This document shows, piece after piece, positions 21,570 through 34,246 of a stretch of DNA of 64,000 nucleotides (positions within the stretch are counted from its first letter, which is position 1; each line of letters opens with the position of its first letter). This DNA is from an uncultured Gammaproteobacteria bacterium. GTDB lineage: Bacteria > Pseudomonadota > Gammaproteobacteria > JAURND01. The DNA lies in assembly GCA_963714975.1 (NCBI GenBank), contig CAVQQD010000002.1:512001-576000 (forward strand), written 5' to 3'. The notes under the pieces were generated by a model, which made no database searches, was not told the origin of the DNA, and worked only from the letters and a program-made list of their open reading frames with translations. Position numbers and translations under genes: made by a program.

Positions 21570-21975
21570 CTACACAGCCAACGAACGGCGGCCGTTCTTG
21601 ATTCTCAAAAAAGTAACCTGTTGGTGGCTGCGACAAAACTAATCTATTTAGTATTTGTTCGCATAATTCATATAGTACGGGTTTGTGCAGAAATCCGCCT
21701 AATTCTAGGTTTCGCGCTTCAGTTTTTAGTTTTTCATCCCCATGCGCGGTGGCGATGAGAATTGGTGTTTGGCTATATAGGGCCTGGGCTGTGCCGAAAC
21801 TGGCGAGCAACTTCCATCCCATTTAAGTCGGGCAGACCCAGGTCACAGATGATTAACAGGTAGGGGTTATGCAGCTTCTCCAATGCGACTAGCCCACAAT
21901 TGGCTATATCCACATGACAACCAAGCTGTTTAAAGGAGCCGCTGATGGCGCGGGTGGCCATTGGTTCGTCATCTC
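21570..21975 (-). pseudogene. Response regulator receiver domain, frameshifted, N-terminus lost
   Basis: DDEP...IICDLGLPDLNG in one frame; PILIATAH...FLHKP in another. Confidence 0.7.
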
Positions 21976-22354
21976 TGAAGGATGAAGACATTAATAATTT
22001 GATGGATGCTACTTTTAGAGATGGTTCTACTATAAGAAGCACGTGGTAGTAATTAAATGAAATAGTGTTTCTTTGTTATCTTTTATTTGTTTCACATACC
22101 TCACCTCACAAAGAAGAATGGCCTAATGTGGGATGTAATTCAAGTGAGAAACAAGAAAAACATATGTTGAAATGATTAATTGCCTTTCTTTATTGAGTGT
22201 GATAAGTTTTCTAAGATTTTTAACAAAAAATATTGTAACTATTCACCACAATTTTGGTTGCAATACTCCTTCTCCCCTTGTGGGAGAAAGAGTTCGCCCC
22301 ATATCATGCTGAATGGTTACAAAATATTTTTAACTACATATATAGAGGTGATTT

Positions 22355-22837
22355 ATGGCGGAGATCAGCATTGAAAGCAAAAGACCTGCGCAGCCAGGGT
22401 TTTTTGAAAGATTAATTTTACCTCCAGCACGATTAAATAAAGAGGATGAGATTATTAAAGGCTTTACTCTTGAGGGAAAAGAAAAAGAAAAAGAAAAAGA
22501 ACAACTGATAAATTGGGTAAATAATAGCAAGTTTTGGCTCTGGGAAGGTAGGCTTGGAGCTATATTGTTTGGTGTGCTAGATACGACCCTCATTAGTATG
22601 CATTTTGGTTATGGGCAGAAGGCTAGCCCAAGTGATGTAGGCCTATATTTTATCGGATTGCTATCCGCGGTGTTTTTATATTTCGTTGTTAAGGGTGTCG
22701 TGGGTTATTGCTGTAAATTACAGGGCATCGCGGACTTGACTGAGAGCTTACAACAAAAGAACTGGGGGGAGGATGAGATTAATAAGGTGATAGATGGTAC
22801 TTTTGGAAATGATGCTACTATAAGAAGTACGCGGTAG
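22355..22837 (+). CDS. Hypothetical two-TM protein
   Basis: GAGGTG RBS; two hydrophobic helices followed by CC. Confidence 0.65.
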   Translation: MAEISIESKRPAQPGFFERLILPPARLNKEDEIIKGFTLEGKEKEKEKEQLINWVNNSKFWLWEGRLGAILFGVLDTTLISMHFGYGQKASPSDVGLYFIGLLSAVFLYFVVKGVVGYCCKLQGIADLTESLQQKNWGEDEINKVIDGTFGNDATIRSTR

Positions 22838-22908
22838 TAAGCAATCCATACCTCGGTTTGTAGATCAACTAGGTCCTCGTTTTTTCGTAACCATCCACCA
22901 CGATTTTG

Positions 22909-23053
22909 CCTCTCCCCTTGTGGGAGAGGCCGCCGCGCCGTAAGGCGCGCGGGTGAGGGGTAGGCAGCATTTAGCTAATAAAATGCTTCTTGCTGATTTC
23001 AAGGTTACCCCTCATCCGCCCTTTCGGGCACCTTCTCCCACAAGGGGAGAAGG
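22909..23053. repeat. Family A inverted doublet (REPIN-like)
   Basis: CCTCTCCCCTTGTGGGAGAGG...GGGTGAGGGG, spacer, CCCCTCATCC...CCTTCTCCCACAAGGGGAGAAGG. Confidence 0.9.
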
Positions 23054-23102
23054 ATCAATAGACTGGGTCTGCTCTTGTTGTTAAAATGCCAGCTGTTCCT
23101 GA

Positions 23103-24938
<1,836 letters not shown>

Positions 24939-24942
24939 TTTC

Positions 24943-25761
24943 GTGAAAATCGGTCCCTATCAGGTAGGTATCCAACATCCCTTTTTTTTAATTGCGGGTC
25001 CTTGTGTCATTGAAAGCGAGCAGCTCGCTTTAGATACGGCGGCAGAATTGCAAGCAGTAACCCAAAGTTTGAATATTCCTTTTATTTATAAGTCTTCTTT
25101 TGATAAGGCAAATCGTACCTCAAATAAAAGTTTTCGTGGTTTGGGATTTGAAAAAGGCTTGCAAATCCTAGAAAAAGTGAAAAATAGCTTAGGGGTTTTG
25201 GTGCTAACCGATGTACACGAGGATACGCCTTTGCAGGAAGTGGCGCAGGTGGTGGATGTGTTACAGACCCCAGCCTTTTTATGTCGGCAAACTAATTTTA
25301 TTCAAAAAGTAGCTGCTTGCGGCAAGCCCATGAATATCAAAAAGGGACAATTTTTGGCGCCGGGGGACATGTCCCATGTGGTTGAAAAAGCCCAGGCGAT
25401 GGGGAATCAACAAATAATGGTTTGTGAACGTGGGGTGTCATTTGGGTATAACAATTTAGTTGCGGATATGCGTTCTTTAATGATCATGCGCCAGTGTGGT
25501 GTTCCTGTGGTGTTTGATGCTACCCATTCAGTGCAACTTCCAGGAGGAGCAGGAGGTAAATCCGGTGGGCAGCGCGAATTTATCCCTGCCTTAGCACGAG
25601 CTGCTATGGCGGTTGGGATTGCAGGGATATTTATGGAAACTCATCCCGACCCGGATAAAGCTTTAAGTGATGGCCCTAATTCATGGCCCTTAAATAAAAT
25701 GCCTGCATTATTGAAAACATTGCAAGCTATTGATCAGATAGTTAAGGCGAAAGAAGGATAA
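24943..25761 (+). CDS. kdsA: KDO-8-phosphate synthase
   Basis: [21 protein letters not shown] and DATHSVQ motifs. Confidence 0.95.
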   Translation: MKIGPYQVGIQHPFFLIAGPCVIESEQLALDTAAELQAVTQSLNIPFIYKSSFDKANRTSNKSFRGLGFEKGLQILEKVKNSLGVLVLTDVHEDTPLQEVAQVVDVLQTPAFLCRQTNFIQKVAACGKPMNIKKGQFLAPGDMSHVVEKAQAMGNQQIMVCERGVSFGYNNLVADMRSLMIMRQCGVPVVFDATHSVQLPGGAGGKSGGQREFIPALARAAMAVGIAGIFMETHPDPDKALSDGPNSWPLNKMPALLKTLQAIDQIVKAKEG

Positions 25762-27042
<1,281 letters not shown>

Positions 27043-27084
27043 TCCCCTTTCCCCCGAAGGTGGGAGAGGGTTAGGGAGAGGGGG
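27043..27084. repeat. Family A element just upstream of ftsB
   Basis: TCCCCTTTCCCCCGAAGGTGGGAGAGGGTTAGGGAGAGGGGG. Confidence 0.8.
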
Positions 27085-27085
27085 A

Positions 27086-27364
27086 GTGAAACCAGCAACG
27101 ATCTTTCTAGTTTCGTTAGTAATTTTACTTGCTGTATTGCAATATAAACTTTGGGTCTCTCCCGAGGGGGTCCCCCAATTTTGGAAATTAAAACATAGCA
27201 TTCAGCAAGTACATAAAGAAAATGCAGTTCTCCAAGAAAGAAATGCTTGGGTAGTGAGGGAGGTCAAGGAATTAAAGCATGGTATGGACGGAGTTGAAGA
27301 ACGCGCTCGTGATGATTTTGGTTTAACTAAACAAGGGGAAGTTTTTTATCAGATTGTTGAATAA
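27086..27364 (+). CDS. ftsB: Cell division protein FtsB
   Basis: TM plus LQYKLW, coiled coil, EERARDDFGL..GEVFY; eno-ftsB-ispD synteny; likely GTG start. Confidence 0.88.
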   Translation: MKPATIFLVSLVILLAVLQYKLWVSPEGVPQFWKLKHSIQQVHKENAVLQERNAWVVREVKELKHGMDGVEERARDDFGLTKQGEVFYQIVE

Positions 27365-28103
27365 TTCCTTGGCCCCCCTCACCCTAACCCTCTCCCACGA
27401 GGGGAGAGGGGATTTTATAAAATACTGGGCTATTATTCCTGCTGCAGGTCTTGGTAGACGGTTTGGTTCTGACACGCCGAAACAATACCTAATGCTCAAG
27501 GATAAAACTATCTTAGAACATACCCTCAATGTTCTCTTATCCTATCCTTTGTTTCAAAAAATAGTCGTTGTGCTAGCTTCAGCAGATCCTTATTGGTCAA
27601 CATTAACATTACCCAGTCGCACTAAAGAGCGGATTATCTGCGTTACTGGGGGCCAAGAGCGTTACATTTCGGTATATCAAGGTCTGGAAGTCCTTGATAA
27701 AATAGCCGCTCCTGAGGATTGGGTACTGGTGCATGATGCGGTGCGCCCTTGTCTTAACCATGCTGATTTAGATCGGCTTATCCAGGCATTAAAAGATCAT
27801 CCCGTAGGAGGGCTACTTGGCATTCCAGCGCAGGACAGTTTAAAAGCAGTTGATCCACAGCAGAATGTGCAGCACACCGTAGATCGATCCAACATTTGGC
27901 AAGCGCAATCACCACAAATGTTTCGGTTCAATAAATTAAAGCAAGCTTTGGAAAAAGTGATTCGAGAACAACAGTCAGTGACTGATGATGCGGGGGCCAT
28001 TCAGCTATTAGGCGAATCACCCCTGATGGTTGAAGGTAGTCGAGAGAACATAAAAATAACACGTCCCGAAGATTTGTTACTGGCAGAGAAGTTTATGCTA
28101 TAA
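27354..28103 (+). CDS. ispD: 2-C-methyl-D-erythritol 4-phosphate cytidylyltransferase (start uncertain)
   Basis: IPAAGLGRRF, PKQY, VHDAVRP and NIKITRPED motifs. Confidence 0.92.
   Translation: MLNNSLAPLTLTLSHEGRGDFIKYWAIIPAAGLGRRFGSDTPKQYLMLKDKTILEHTLNVLLSYPLFQKIVVVLASADPYWSTLTLPSRTKERIICVTGGQERYISVYQGLEVLDKIAAPEDWVLVHDAVRPCLNHADLDRLIQALKDHPVGGLLGIPAQDSLKAVDPQQNVQHTVDRSNIWQAQSPQMFRFNKLKQALEKVIREQQSVTDDAGAIQLLGESPLMVEGSRENIKITRPEDLLLAEKFML
27373..27411. repeat. Family A element at the ispD 5' end
   Basis: CCCCCCTCACCCTAACCCTCTCCCACGAGGGGAGAGGGG. Confidence 0.85.
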
Positions 28104-28245
28104 ATCCCCTCTCCCGCTTGCGAGAGCGGGTGCTGAAGGGGAACGTCGTCCCGGCATGGATGCCGGGATCCAGGGCATAAGGACATGAAACTTTAACGTC
28201 CTTGTTAACTGGATCCCGGCATCCTGCCGGGACGACGGTTGGGGG
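28104..28245. repeat. Family C element (28144-28237) flanked by family A remnants
   Basis: CGTCGTCCCGGCATGGATGCCGGGATCCAG...CTGGATCCCGGCATCCTGCCGGGACGACG. Confidence 0.9.
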
Positions 28246-28251
28246 AACATT

Positions 28252-28761
28252 ATGCGCATTGGCCATGGTTTTGATATTCATTGCTTCGAGCCAGAAAAAC
28301 CTCTGATGTTAGGTGGCGTTCATATTCCTTTCCCGCAAGGGATGAAAGCCCATTCCGATGGTGATGTTCTCTTACATGCCCTCTGCGATGCTTTGTTGGG
28401 TGCCTTAGCTTTGGGCGATATTGGCCAACATTTTCCCGATACTGACCCTGAGTTTCGTTTGGCGGATAGCCGTCAGCTTTTGAGAAATGTGCTAGTATTG
28501 ATAGAGAGTCATGGTTATGTTGTTGAAAATATAGATGCGACAGTGATTGCCCAAGTCCCAAAACTCTCGCCTTATATTGAGCCAATGCGAGTCAATATAG
28601 CCCATGATTTAACAATTGACACGCAGTGTGTCAGCATTAAGGCAACTACGATGGAAAAACTGGGTCCGATTGGAGCAGGTCAAGCCATTGCAGTGCACGC
28701 CGTTGTTTTGTTAAAACGTAAGACAGAGGGTGTGCCAAAGAATGAACATACTCGTTTGTAA
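28252..28761 (+). CDS. ispF: MECDP synthase
   Basis: MRIGHGFDIH, HSDGDVLLHA and KATT motifs. Confidence 0.96.
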   Translation: MRIGHGFDIHCFEPEKPLMLGGVHIPFPQGMKAHSDGDVLLHALCDALLGALALGDIGQHFPDTDPEFRLADSRQLLRNVLVLIESHGYVVENIDATVIAQVPKLSPYIEPMRVNIAHDLTIDTQCVSIKATTMEKLGPIGAGQAIAVHAVVLLKRKTEGVPKNEHTRL

Positions 28762-29512
28762 TGATGATGGAGTCTATGCAGAGGGAATGCGCTTATTAGC
28801 AAATTCTCTGCGTAAAATTGGCAAAGTGACCATTATTGCGCCAGATCGTAATCGTAGTGGTGCTAGCAACTCCTTAACTCTTGACCATCCCGTGCGGGTA
28901 AAAGCCTTGGAAGAAAACGTTATCAGTGTTGAAGGCACTCCCACCGACTGCGTGCATTTGGCGCTAACTGGCTTATTAAAAGAACCGCAAGATATCGTTG
29001 TTTCAGGTGTCAATGAGGGTTCGAATTTAGGTGACGACGTGTTGTATTCAGGCACCGTAGCGGCTGCTATTGAGGGACGCTTTTTAGGATTACCGGCAAT
29101 CGCAATTTCCCTGGGCGCCCAAGGAGGTGTGAATGCCTTGACTTCCTTGTATTATGAAACTGCTTGTCATGTGGCTTCTCGTCTAGTGCAGCATCTCAAT
29201 GCCGATCCCTTACCAGCTACTACCATTCTGAATATCAATGTGCCTAATGTGCCATTACAAGAATTAGTTGGGTATCAGGTGACTCGCTTAGGGACGCGCC
29301 ATCAGGCCGAACCGACTATCCGTCAGCTAGATCCTCGAGGGCGTCCGGTGTATTGGGTCGGCCCCCCAGGTTTAGAGCAAGATGCAGGGCCAGGAACTGA
29401 TTTTCATGCTATTCACTCCCGATGTGTATCAATCACGCCTTTGCAGGTTGATTTCACTCACTATCAAGTGTTCGATCAACTCGTTAAATGGATCGATGGA
29501 CTAAAAGAATAA
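28742..29512 (+). CDS. surE: 5'/3'-nucleotidase SurE
   Basis: NDDG, SGASNS, GTPTDCV and YSGTVAAA motifs. Confidence 0.95.
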   Translation: MNILVCNDDGVYAEGMRLLANSLRKIGKVTIIAPDRNRSGASNSLTLDHPVRVKALEENVISVEGTPTDCVHLALTGLLKEPQDIVVSGVNEGSNLGDDVLYSGTVAAAIEGRFLGLPAIAISLGAQGGVNALTSLYYETACHVASRLVQHLNADPLPATTILNINVPNVPLQELVGYQVTRLGTRHQAEPTIRQLDPRGRPVYWVGPPGLEQDAGPGTDFHAIHSRCVSITPLQVDFTHYQVFDQLVKWIDGLKE

Positions 29513-29534
29513 TCTATGTAAATATGCCGCATAA

Positions 29535-29617
29535 AATCCCTCTGCTAATAAACCTCGGCATTGTTCCTTCTCCCCTTGTGGGAGAAGGTGGCCGCAGGCC
29601 GGATGAGGGGAGAGGGG
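29535..29617. repeat. Composite family A element
   Basis: 45-bp core 29566-29610 is the exact reverse complement of 59601-59645; flanks are also similar. Confidence 0.9.
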
Positions 29618-29621
29618 TAAT

Positions 29622-30206
29622 ATGCGTCTTTTTTCTAAATTATATAATCTGGTGATGAGTTGGTCTCAAAATCGTCATGCCCCTTATTACTTAGGTGCGG
29701 TCAGTTTTATTGAGTCTTCCCTATTTCCTATTCCCCCTGATGTCATGTTAGCGCCGATGGTGATGGCCAAACCTGAGTCTGCTTGGCGCTATGCAGCATT
29801 GACAACTATCGCTTCGGTGTTGGGGGCGTTGTTTGGCTATGTATTAGGCATGTTTTTTTTCCATTGGATCATGCCTTATTTTGAGCATTTGGGTTATCTC
29901 TCTGCCTACCAGCATGTGCAAACATGGTTTGCCGAATGGGGGGGCTGGGTTTTACTCGTGGTGGGTTTTACGCCCATTCCGTTTAAACTATTTACCATTG
30001 GCGCGGGAGCTCTGCATATGAGCTTGCTACCTTTTACTGTAGGGGTCTTTGTGGGAAGGGGTATGCGTTTTTATTTGGTATCTGGGTTTATGAAGTGGGG
30101 TGGAGCTAGCATGGATGCATTACTGCGACGCAGTGTTGATTGGATTGGCTGGAGTGTAGTTGGTCTGATTATCGCAGGATATAGCATTTATGCCCTTTGG
30201 AAATAA
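29622..30206 (+). CDS. YqaA / DedA (VTT) family membrane protein
   Basis: SFIESSLFPIPPD and FTPIPFK motifs. Confidence 0.88.
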   Translation: MRLFSKLYNLVMSWSQNRHAPYYLGAVSFIESSLFPIPPDVMLAPMVMAKPESAWRYAALTTIASVLGALFGYVLGMFFFHWIMPYFEHLGYLSAYQHVQTWFAEWGGWVLLVVGFTPIPFKLFTIGAGALHMSLLPFTVGVFVGRGMRFYLVSGFMKWGGASMDALLRRSVDWIGWSVVGLIIAGYSIYALWK

Positions 30207-30984
30207 ATTTAAAGCGGGAATTGCGGTTCTAATCCTAAGTTTATTGACACCGGCCTGCACGCTAACTCCCACGGAGGAGGCGCCGATCATTGATGGCTGG
30301 CAACAGCCGGCATTCAGTGGGGATTATCGAGTGCAGCCTGGGGACACTATTTATTCCATTGCTTGGTCTTTTGGGATGGATTATCGTGCTATTGCTAAGT
30401 TCAATCAGCTCACTGAGCCTTACCACTTACATCCTGGACAGTGGTTGTATATGGCTTCTCGTCCCGCAATTTCTGCTGCAGCTCTGATCCCCGAGGGTGT
30501 TGCCCCACGCGTCACCCGTCGGAGCACGGTGGGGTGCCGCAGCGGCAGGACCCGTCGGGCATCAGGGCTGCAGCGGGAATTGCTGAAGGATCCAGTGCAC
30601 AGAGATGTGAAAGCGTCGTCCTGGCAATGGCCAACGGTTGGTAAAGTGGTACGTGGTTATTCACCTGCCTTTGGCGGCAATCGTGGTTTGGATATTAAGG
30701 GTAAGTTTAATCAACCGGTGTTAGCCGCTGCGGCAGGTAAAGTCGTTTATACCGGGTCAAGTATGCCGGGTTATGGTAATTTAATTATCATTAAGCATAA
30801 TGATAATGATTTGAGCGCTTATGCGTTTAATAAGACCCTGATGGTGACGGAAGGCCAGATAGTGAAGACGGGTCAGACGATCGCGATGATGGGGAAAAAT
30901 GAGCGTGGTGAAACCATGTTGCATTTTGAAATTCGTCGAAGTGGCAAGCCTGTAGATCCTAGGAGATACTTAAAGAATGATTGA
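30190..30984 (+). CDS. nlpD: LysM + M23 lipoprotein NlpD; linker made of repeat elements
   Basis: Lipobox-like TPAC; LysM YRVQPGDT; WQWP...GYGNLIIIKH...LHFEIR. Confidence 0.88.
   Translation: MPFGNKFKAGIAVLILSLLTPACTLTPTEEAPIIDGWQQPAFSGDYRVQPGDTIYSIAWSFGMDYRAIAKFNQLTEPYHLHPGQWLYMASRPAISAAALIPEGVAPRVTRRSTVGCRSGRTRRASGLQRELLKDPVHRDVKASSWQWPTVGKVVRGYSPAFGGNRGLDIKGKFNQPVLAAAAGKVVYTGSSMPGYGNLIIIKHNDNDLSAYAFNKTLMVTEGQIVKTGQTIAMMGKNERGETMLHFEIRRSGKPVDPRRYLKND
30459..30627. repeat. Family E element (30466-30583) within family C fragments, in frame in nlpD
   Basis: TCGTCCC[GCAATT...AATTGC]TGAAGGATCCAGTGCACAGAGATGTGAAAG-CGTCGTCCTGGCA. Confidence 0.8.
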
Positions 30985-32905
30985 GCGCATCCAACGATTA
31001 GATACTTTATTAGCAAACCAAATTGCTGCCGGAGAAGTGGTGAGCCGTCCTGCCTCTGCGTTGAAAGAGTTAGTTGAAAATAGCTTGGATGCGGGGGCAA
31101 CGCAGATTGAAGTGACGTTAGAAAAAGGCGGTATTCAATTAATTCGCGTCCGGGATAATGGTCGGGGGATTCATAAAGAAGATTTACCGTTGGCTTTAAG
31201 CCGACACGCCACCAGTAAAATTTCCACGCTGGAAGAGTTAGAATGCATCCAATCCTTAGGTTTTCGTGGAGAAGCTTTGGCGAGCATTGCTTCGGTATCA
31301 CGTTTGGTTTTAACTTCGCGCCAAGCCAATGAAACTTTGGCCTGGCAAATTAAAGCGGAAGGTCGGACGGCAGAAATTGAATTTAATCCGGTATCTCATC
31401 CCATGGGCAGCACTATTGAAGTGCGCGATTTATTTTTTAATACACCAGCGCGGCGAAAATTTTTACGCTCAGAAAAAACCGAATATTCCCACTGTGAGGA
31501 ATTGATTAATCGCATTGCATTAGCTTCTTTTCATGTTGCTTTTGTGCTGAAACATAATCAAAAAACTATTTTGCAATTGCCTCCCGCTATTTCTCAAGCA
31601 GAACAAGAGCAACGCGTGGGCAAATTGTGCGGAAATTTTTTTATCGAACAAGCCAAGGCTATACAGATTGGAAACCATTCACCCGTCGTCCCGCTCCCGC
31701 GACTTGATCGCGGGATTGTCCGCGGGATCCAGGATCCAGAAAGCAGGGATGCAGGATTTTCATTAGCGGGTTGGTTGGGCTTGCCGATTATTTCGCGCGC
31801 GCAGGCTGATTTGCAATATTTCTATGTCAATGGGCGCATGGTCCGTGATAAGTTAATTACTCACGCCATTAAACAAGCGTACCACGATGTAATGTATGGT
31901 CATCGCTATCCCGCCTATGTGTTATTTCTTAGTTTGGATCCAACTTTGGTTGATGTTAATGTGCACCCCACAAAATCCGAGGTGCGGTTTCGTGACAGTC
32001 GCTTTATTTATGATTTTTTATTTAGTCGCATCCATGAATCTTTGGCGCAAAAAGAGCAAGTCACCGCTGGAATTTCTGCTATAGCCGATTCAATATTCGC
32101 GCCAGAACCATGGGGGATGCAGCATCAATTGCAGATTAGTGAAGCAAAAGCAGACTACTTAGCGTACCAGGAAATCCCCCCTACCCCTCTTTTTCAAAGG
32201 GGGGGCGATAAAATTCCCCCCTTTTTCGAGGATGGGGATCAAGAAATTCCCCCCTTTGAAAAAGGGGGGGTAGAGGGGATTTCCTGCAGTTTAGCTCCCA
32301 GCCCCGTGCGGGAACGACTTGAGGGAGCTCTAGGCTATGCTCTTGGCCAATTACATGGCATCTTCATCCTAGCCGAAAATCAACAAGGCTTAGTGATTGT
32401 CGACATGCACGCCGCTCACGAACGTATTTTGTATGAAGAATTAAAGCTAGCTCATCAGCGCGAGAAAATTGTGCGCCAAACCTTGTTAATTCCACTGACT
32501 TTATCATTGACGACGCGAGAGGCGGACTATGTGCAAGAACAACAAGCTTTGTTTGCTGAGCTTGGGTTTGAACTCGAGCGAATTAGCCCAACGAGTTGTA
32601 TTATTCGCCAGGTTCCTGTGTTATTGAAACAGGTGGATGTTTTGCAGTTAATCCGTGATGTGATAGCAGATTTTCTAACTCTGGAGAAAAGCCAGCGCAT
32701 CGAACAACAATTCCATAAAGTTTTGGCGACTATTGCCTGCCACAGCTCGGCACGGGCTCATCGCCGTCTTACCCTCCCGGAAATGAATGCACTGTTGCGG
32801 CAACTGGAACAGACCGACCGCAGCGGTCAGTGCAATCATGGCCGTCCTACGATCAGGCAGTTTTCCCTGGAAGAATTGGATAAGTTATTTTTAAGGGGAA
32901 GATAA
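30977..32905 (+). CDS. mutL: DNA mismatch repair protein MutL with in-frame repeat inserts
   Basis: NQIAAGEV, GFRGEALASI, DVNVHPTK, DMHAAHER and CNHGRP motifs. Confidence 0.96.
   Translation: MIERIQRLDTLLANQIAAGEVVSRPASALKELVENSLDAGATQIEVTLEKGGIQLIRVRDNGRGIHKEDLPLALSRHATSKISTLEELECIQSLGFRGEALASIASVSRLVLTSRQANETLAWQIKAEGRTAEIEFNPVSHPMGSTIEVRDLFFNTPARRKFLRSEKTEYSHCEELINRIALASFHVAFVLKHNQKTILQLPPAISQAEQEQRVGKLCGNFFIEQAKAIQIGNHSPVVPLPRLDRGIVRGIQDPESRDAGFSLAGWLGLPIISRAQADLQYFYVNGRMVRDKLITHAIKQAYHDVMYGHRYPAYVLFLSLDPTLVDVNVHPTKSEVRFRDSRFIYDFLFSRIHESLAQKEQVTAGISAIADSIFAPEPWGMQHQLQISEAKADYLAYQEIPPTPLFQRGGDKIPPFFEDGDQEIPPFEKGGVEGISCSLAPSPVRERLEGALGYALGQLHGIFILAENQQGLVIVDMHAAHERILYEELKLAHQREKIVRQTLLIPLTLSLTTREADYVQEQQALFAELGFELERISPTSCIIRQVPVLLKQVDVLQLIRDVIADFLTLEKSQRIEQQFHKVLATIACHSSARAHRRLTLPEMNALLRQLEQTDRSGQCNHGRPTIRQFSLEELDKLFLRGR
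31684..31756. repeat. Family C (self-nested) in frame in mutL
   Basis: CGTCGTCCCGC-TCCCGCGACTTGATCGCGGGA-TTGTCCGCGGGATCCAG; peptide VVPLPRLDRGIVRGIQ. Confidence 0.82.
32168..32286. repeat. Family D triple hairpin in frame in the mutL linker
   Basis: CAGGAAATCCCCCCTACCCC...GGGGTAGAGGGGATTTCCTG; peptide EIPPTPLFQRGG...IPPFEKGGVEGIS. Confidence 0.88.
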
Positions 32906-32920
32906 CACGAGCGCGTTTGA

Positions 32921-34090
32921 TCACTGGATTAAACTAAAAATTTTTGCAATATTTTTAAAATTTACCAGATGAAAATCCTCAATTTGCTGTTCGTATTCTC
33001 CGGTATAAATTAAAAAACCAGTAGGGCAGCGGTCATTGACTAATTTTTTAAAAAACCGCAGATTTTTTAATAACGCGGGATGAAAAGTTTGGGTAGATTT
33101 AATTTCAATGGGTATTAGTTGATGACCGACTTTTAATATGGCGTCTACTTCGTTGTGATGGTTGTCTCGATAATAATAAATTTCTGGTTCCATCGCATGA
33201 TTCAAGCGAAATTTGATCAATTCTAAGATGGCTAAATTTTCAAATAACGGACCACGCAGCGGGTCACGATCCAGTTGCTCGGGTGTTTGAATACCTAATA
33301 AATAGCTGGCTAAGCCTACATCGGTGCAATAAATTTTTGGGGACTTAATTATTCGTTTACCAAAATTTTCAAAATAGGGCTGAATTCTAACCATGAGATA
33401 AGAAGCTTCTAGTACAGATAACCAATTTTGGATTGTTTTATGGGCTACGCCTACATCATTGCCCAAGCTTTCCAGATTTAAAATACTGCCAATTCGTCCG
33501 GCGCATAAGCGCATAAACCGCTGAAATTGCGTTAAATCTTTTACATTAATAATTTGTCGGACATCTCGTTCCACATAAGTTCGTACATAATTTCGATAAG
33601 CGAAGCTGGGCTCAAGATCTGAGGCATAAATACGGGGGAAAAAACCTTTAATTAACAGTTCTGGAAAGGAAAGGGATTGAATTGGTTTTTGTATCTCATC
33701 TAAGCTAAGTGGCAGTAAGTCGAATAAGGCAGCACGGCCTGCCAGTGATTGACTGATCGCTTCTTGCAAAATCAATTGATGGCTGCCCGTTAAAATGAAC
33801 ATGCCTGCTTTTTGCTTTTGATCGACAATGGATTGGATATAAGAGAGTAAAGTAGGAACCCGTTGAATCTCATCCAGAATTGCACCTTCTGGGATACTAG
33901 CAAGAAAATGTCGAGGGTCAGCTGCAATTAAAGCCCGAGTGTCAGGCTCTTCTAAATTGAAGTAGGGCTTATGGGGAAATAAATACCTTACCAGGGTAGT
34001 TTTACCCGATTGCCGAGGTCCCATTAATACAATCGCAGGGTATTGCTGAAATGCTTTTTGGACTGCGTCTTCAATTGTTCGCTTAAACAT
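32921..34090 (-). CDS. AAA_14 ATPase with DUF4143 domain
   Basis: GPRQSGKTT, DEIQ, SLAGR, KSPKIY and EVD...PIEIK motifs. Confidence 0.9.
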   Translation of the reverse strand: MFKRTIEDAVQKAFQQYPAIVLMGPRQSGKTTLVRYLFPHKPYFNLEEPDTRALIAADPRHFLASIPEGAILDEIQRVPTLLSYIQSIVDQKQKAGMFILTGSHQLILQEAISQSLAGRAALFDLLPLSLDEIQKPIQSLSFPELLIKGFFPRIYASDLEPSFAYRNYVRTYVERDVRQIINVKDLTQFQRFMRLCAGRIGSILNLESLGNDVGVAHKTIQNWLSVLEASYLMVRIQPYFENFGKRIIKSPKIYCTDVGLASYLLGIQTPEQLDRDPLRGPLFENLAILELIKFRLNHAMEPEIYYYRDNHHNEVDAILKVGHQLIPIEIKSTQTFHPALLKNLRFFKKLVNDRCPTGFLIYTGEYEQQIEDFHLVNFKNIAKIFSLIQ

Positions 34091-34246
34091 TACCACTCCG
34101 TACAAAATTAGAACTCAAGTGCTAAAATTGTACAGATTGGGTTGGGAAATACAACTTTTTAGTGATGTTACACACAAACTCCCTTGGTTAATACTCTAAT
34201 TTATGGTAAATTTTATAAAATTTATTTATTAATGAGGAATTTAGGC

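Noticed and set aside
21418-21822. 225-aa ORF as a real receiver-antitoxin fusion
   Set aside because: Read-through of a pseudogene fragment and a D repeat; a strong RBS at about 21422-21429 supports the start at 21417.
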